A stretch of 58,582 nucleotides of DNA from a virus. Lineage: Duplodnaviria; Caudoviricetes. This document shows positions 58,415-58,582 of this stretch, piece by piece. The stretch lies in the IMG/VR virus record IMGVR_UViG_3300046167_000222, positions 1 to 58,582 of that record; one strand, written 5' to 3'. The notes beneath the pieces are model-generated. The model made no database searches and was not told the origin of the DNA. It worked only from the letters and a program-made list of their open reading frames with translations. The translations under genes and the position numbers were made by a program. Each line of letters opens with the position of its first letter. The stretch's first letter is position 1.

Positions 58415-58582
58415 CTAGGACAAGTCGATGGTAACAGAGACTTCACCAGCGTGCAGGTGCATGTGTCGATCGGGAGCCTTGAAGCCAGACCGATCTAGTA
58501 TATCCTTGCTCGCCTCTAGCTGCACATACTCGCTCTTGGCTCCCCGAGCGAGCTGCACCAACTTGGCGGCGGCTACTGTAGC
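58415..58582 (-). CDS. terS: Terminase small subunit, 3' part (copy B)
   Basis: Homolog of 23324..23491. Confidence 0.75.
   Translation of the reverse strand, partial: ATVAAAKLVQLARGAKSEYVQLEASKDILDRSGFKAPDRHMHLHAGEVSVTIDLS

Larger units (their letters stand above)
32881..58582. mobile_element. Related phage/prophage genome, copy B (truncated at window end inside terS)
   Basis: Same gene order as copy A with many SNPs and swapped cassettes. The left boundary is inferred from the att core. Confidence 0.8.
34222..58582 (+). repeat. Diverged direct repeat of 1..23491
   Basis: Position 1 ttatcatcgatgtgaggatc matches 34222 ttgtcatcgatgtgtggatc. 23491 matches 58582. Most proteins are near-identical. 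Confidence 0.97.

Noticed and set aside
34222-58582. Simple terminal redundancy or exact concatemer of one genome
   Set aside because: The copies differ by many synonymous SNPs, compensatory hairpin changes and distinct gene cassettes, far beyond sequencing error.

Overview
The whole window is phage DNA. It holds two head-to-tail copies of a roughly 34-35 kb temperate podovirus-like genome, related but clearly not identical. 1..23491 is homologous to 34222..58582, and the offset grows from 34221 to 35091. Minus-strand late genes encode terminases, portal, scaffold, capsid, tail tubes, internal virion proteins, tail fibres and lysis proteins, in a BPP-1/T7-type virion layout. A plus-strand early region encodes ArdC, repressor/Cro, replication initiator, YqaJ/ERF recombination proteins, Xis and a tyrosine integrase. 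No DNA or RNA polymerase was found. Just after the integrase is the 3' 50 nt of a tRNA-Thr(GGT) flanked by arm-like repeats, in an attP configuration. It lies inside the interval where copy A must switch to copy B, so the window may be two related prophages stacked at one tRNA. An assembly chimera is not excluded. The copies differ by cassette swaps: the tail-fibre module, the hypervariable insert of a gp38-like adhesin (with a linked Cys-rich micro-ORF), and small basic genes. Other notable signals are a densely base-paired ~320-nt non-coding element ahead of an orphan gene, a genome-wide TGCA-N4-TGCA palindrome network, and a TTGTGCGT late-gene motif. Scattered 1-bp frameshifts in essential genes look like long-read errors. 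Family names come from motif recognition, not database searches.
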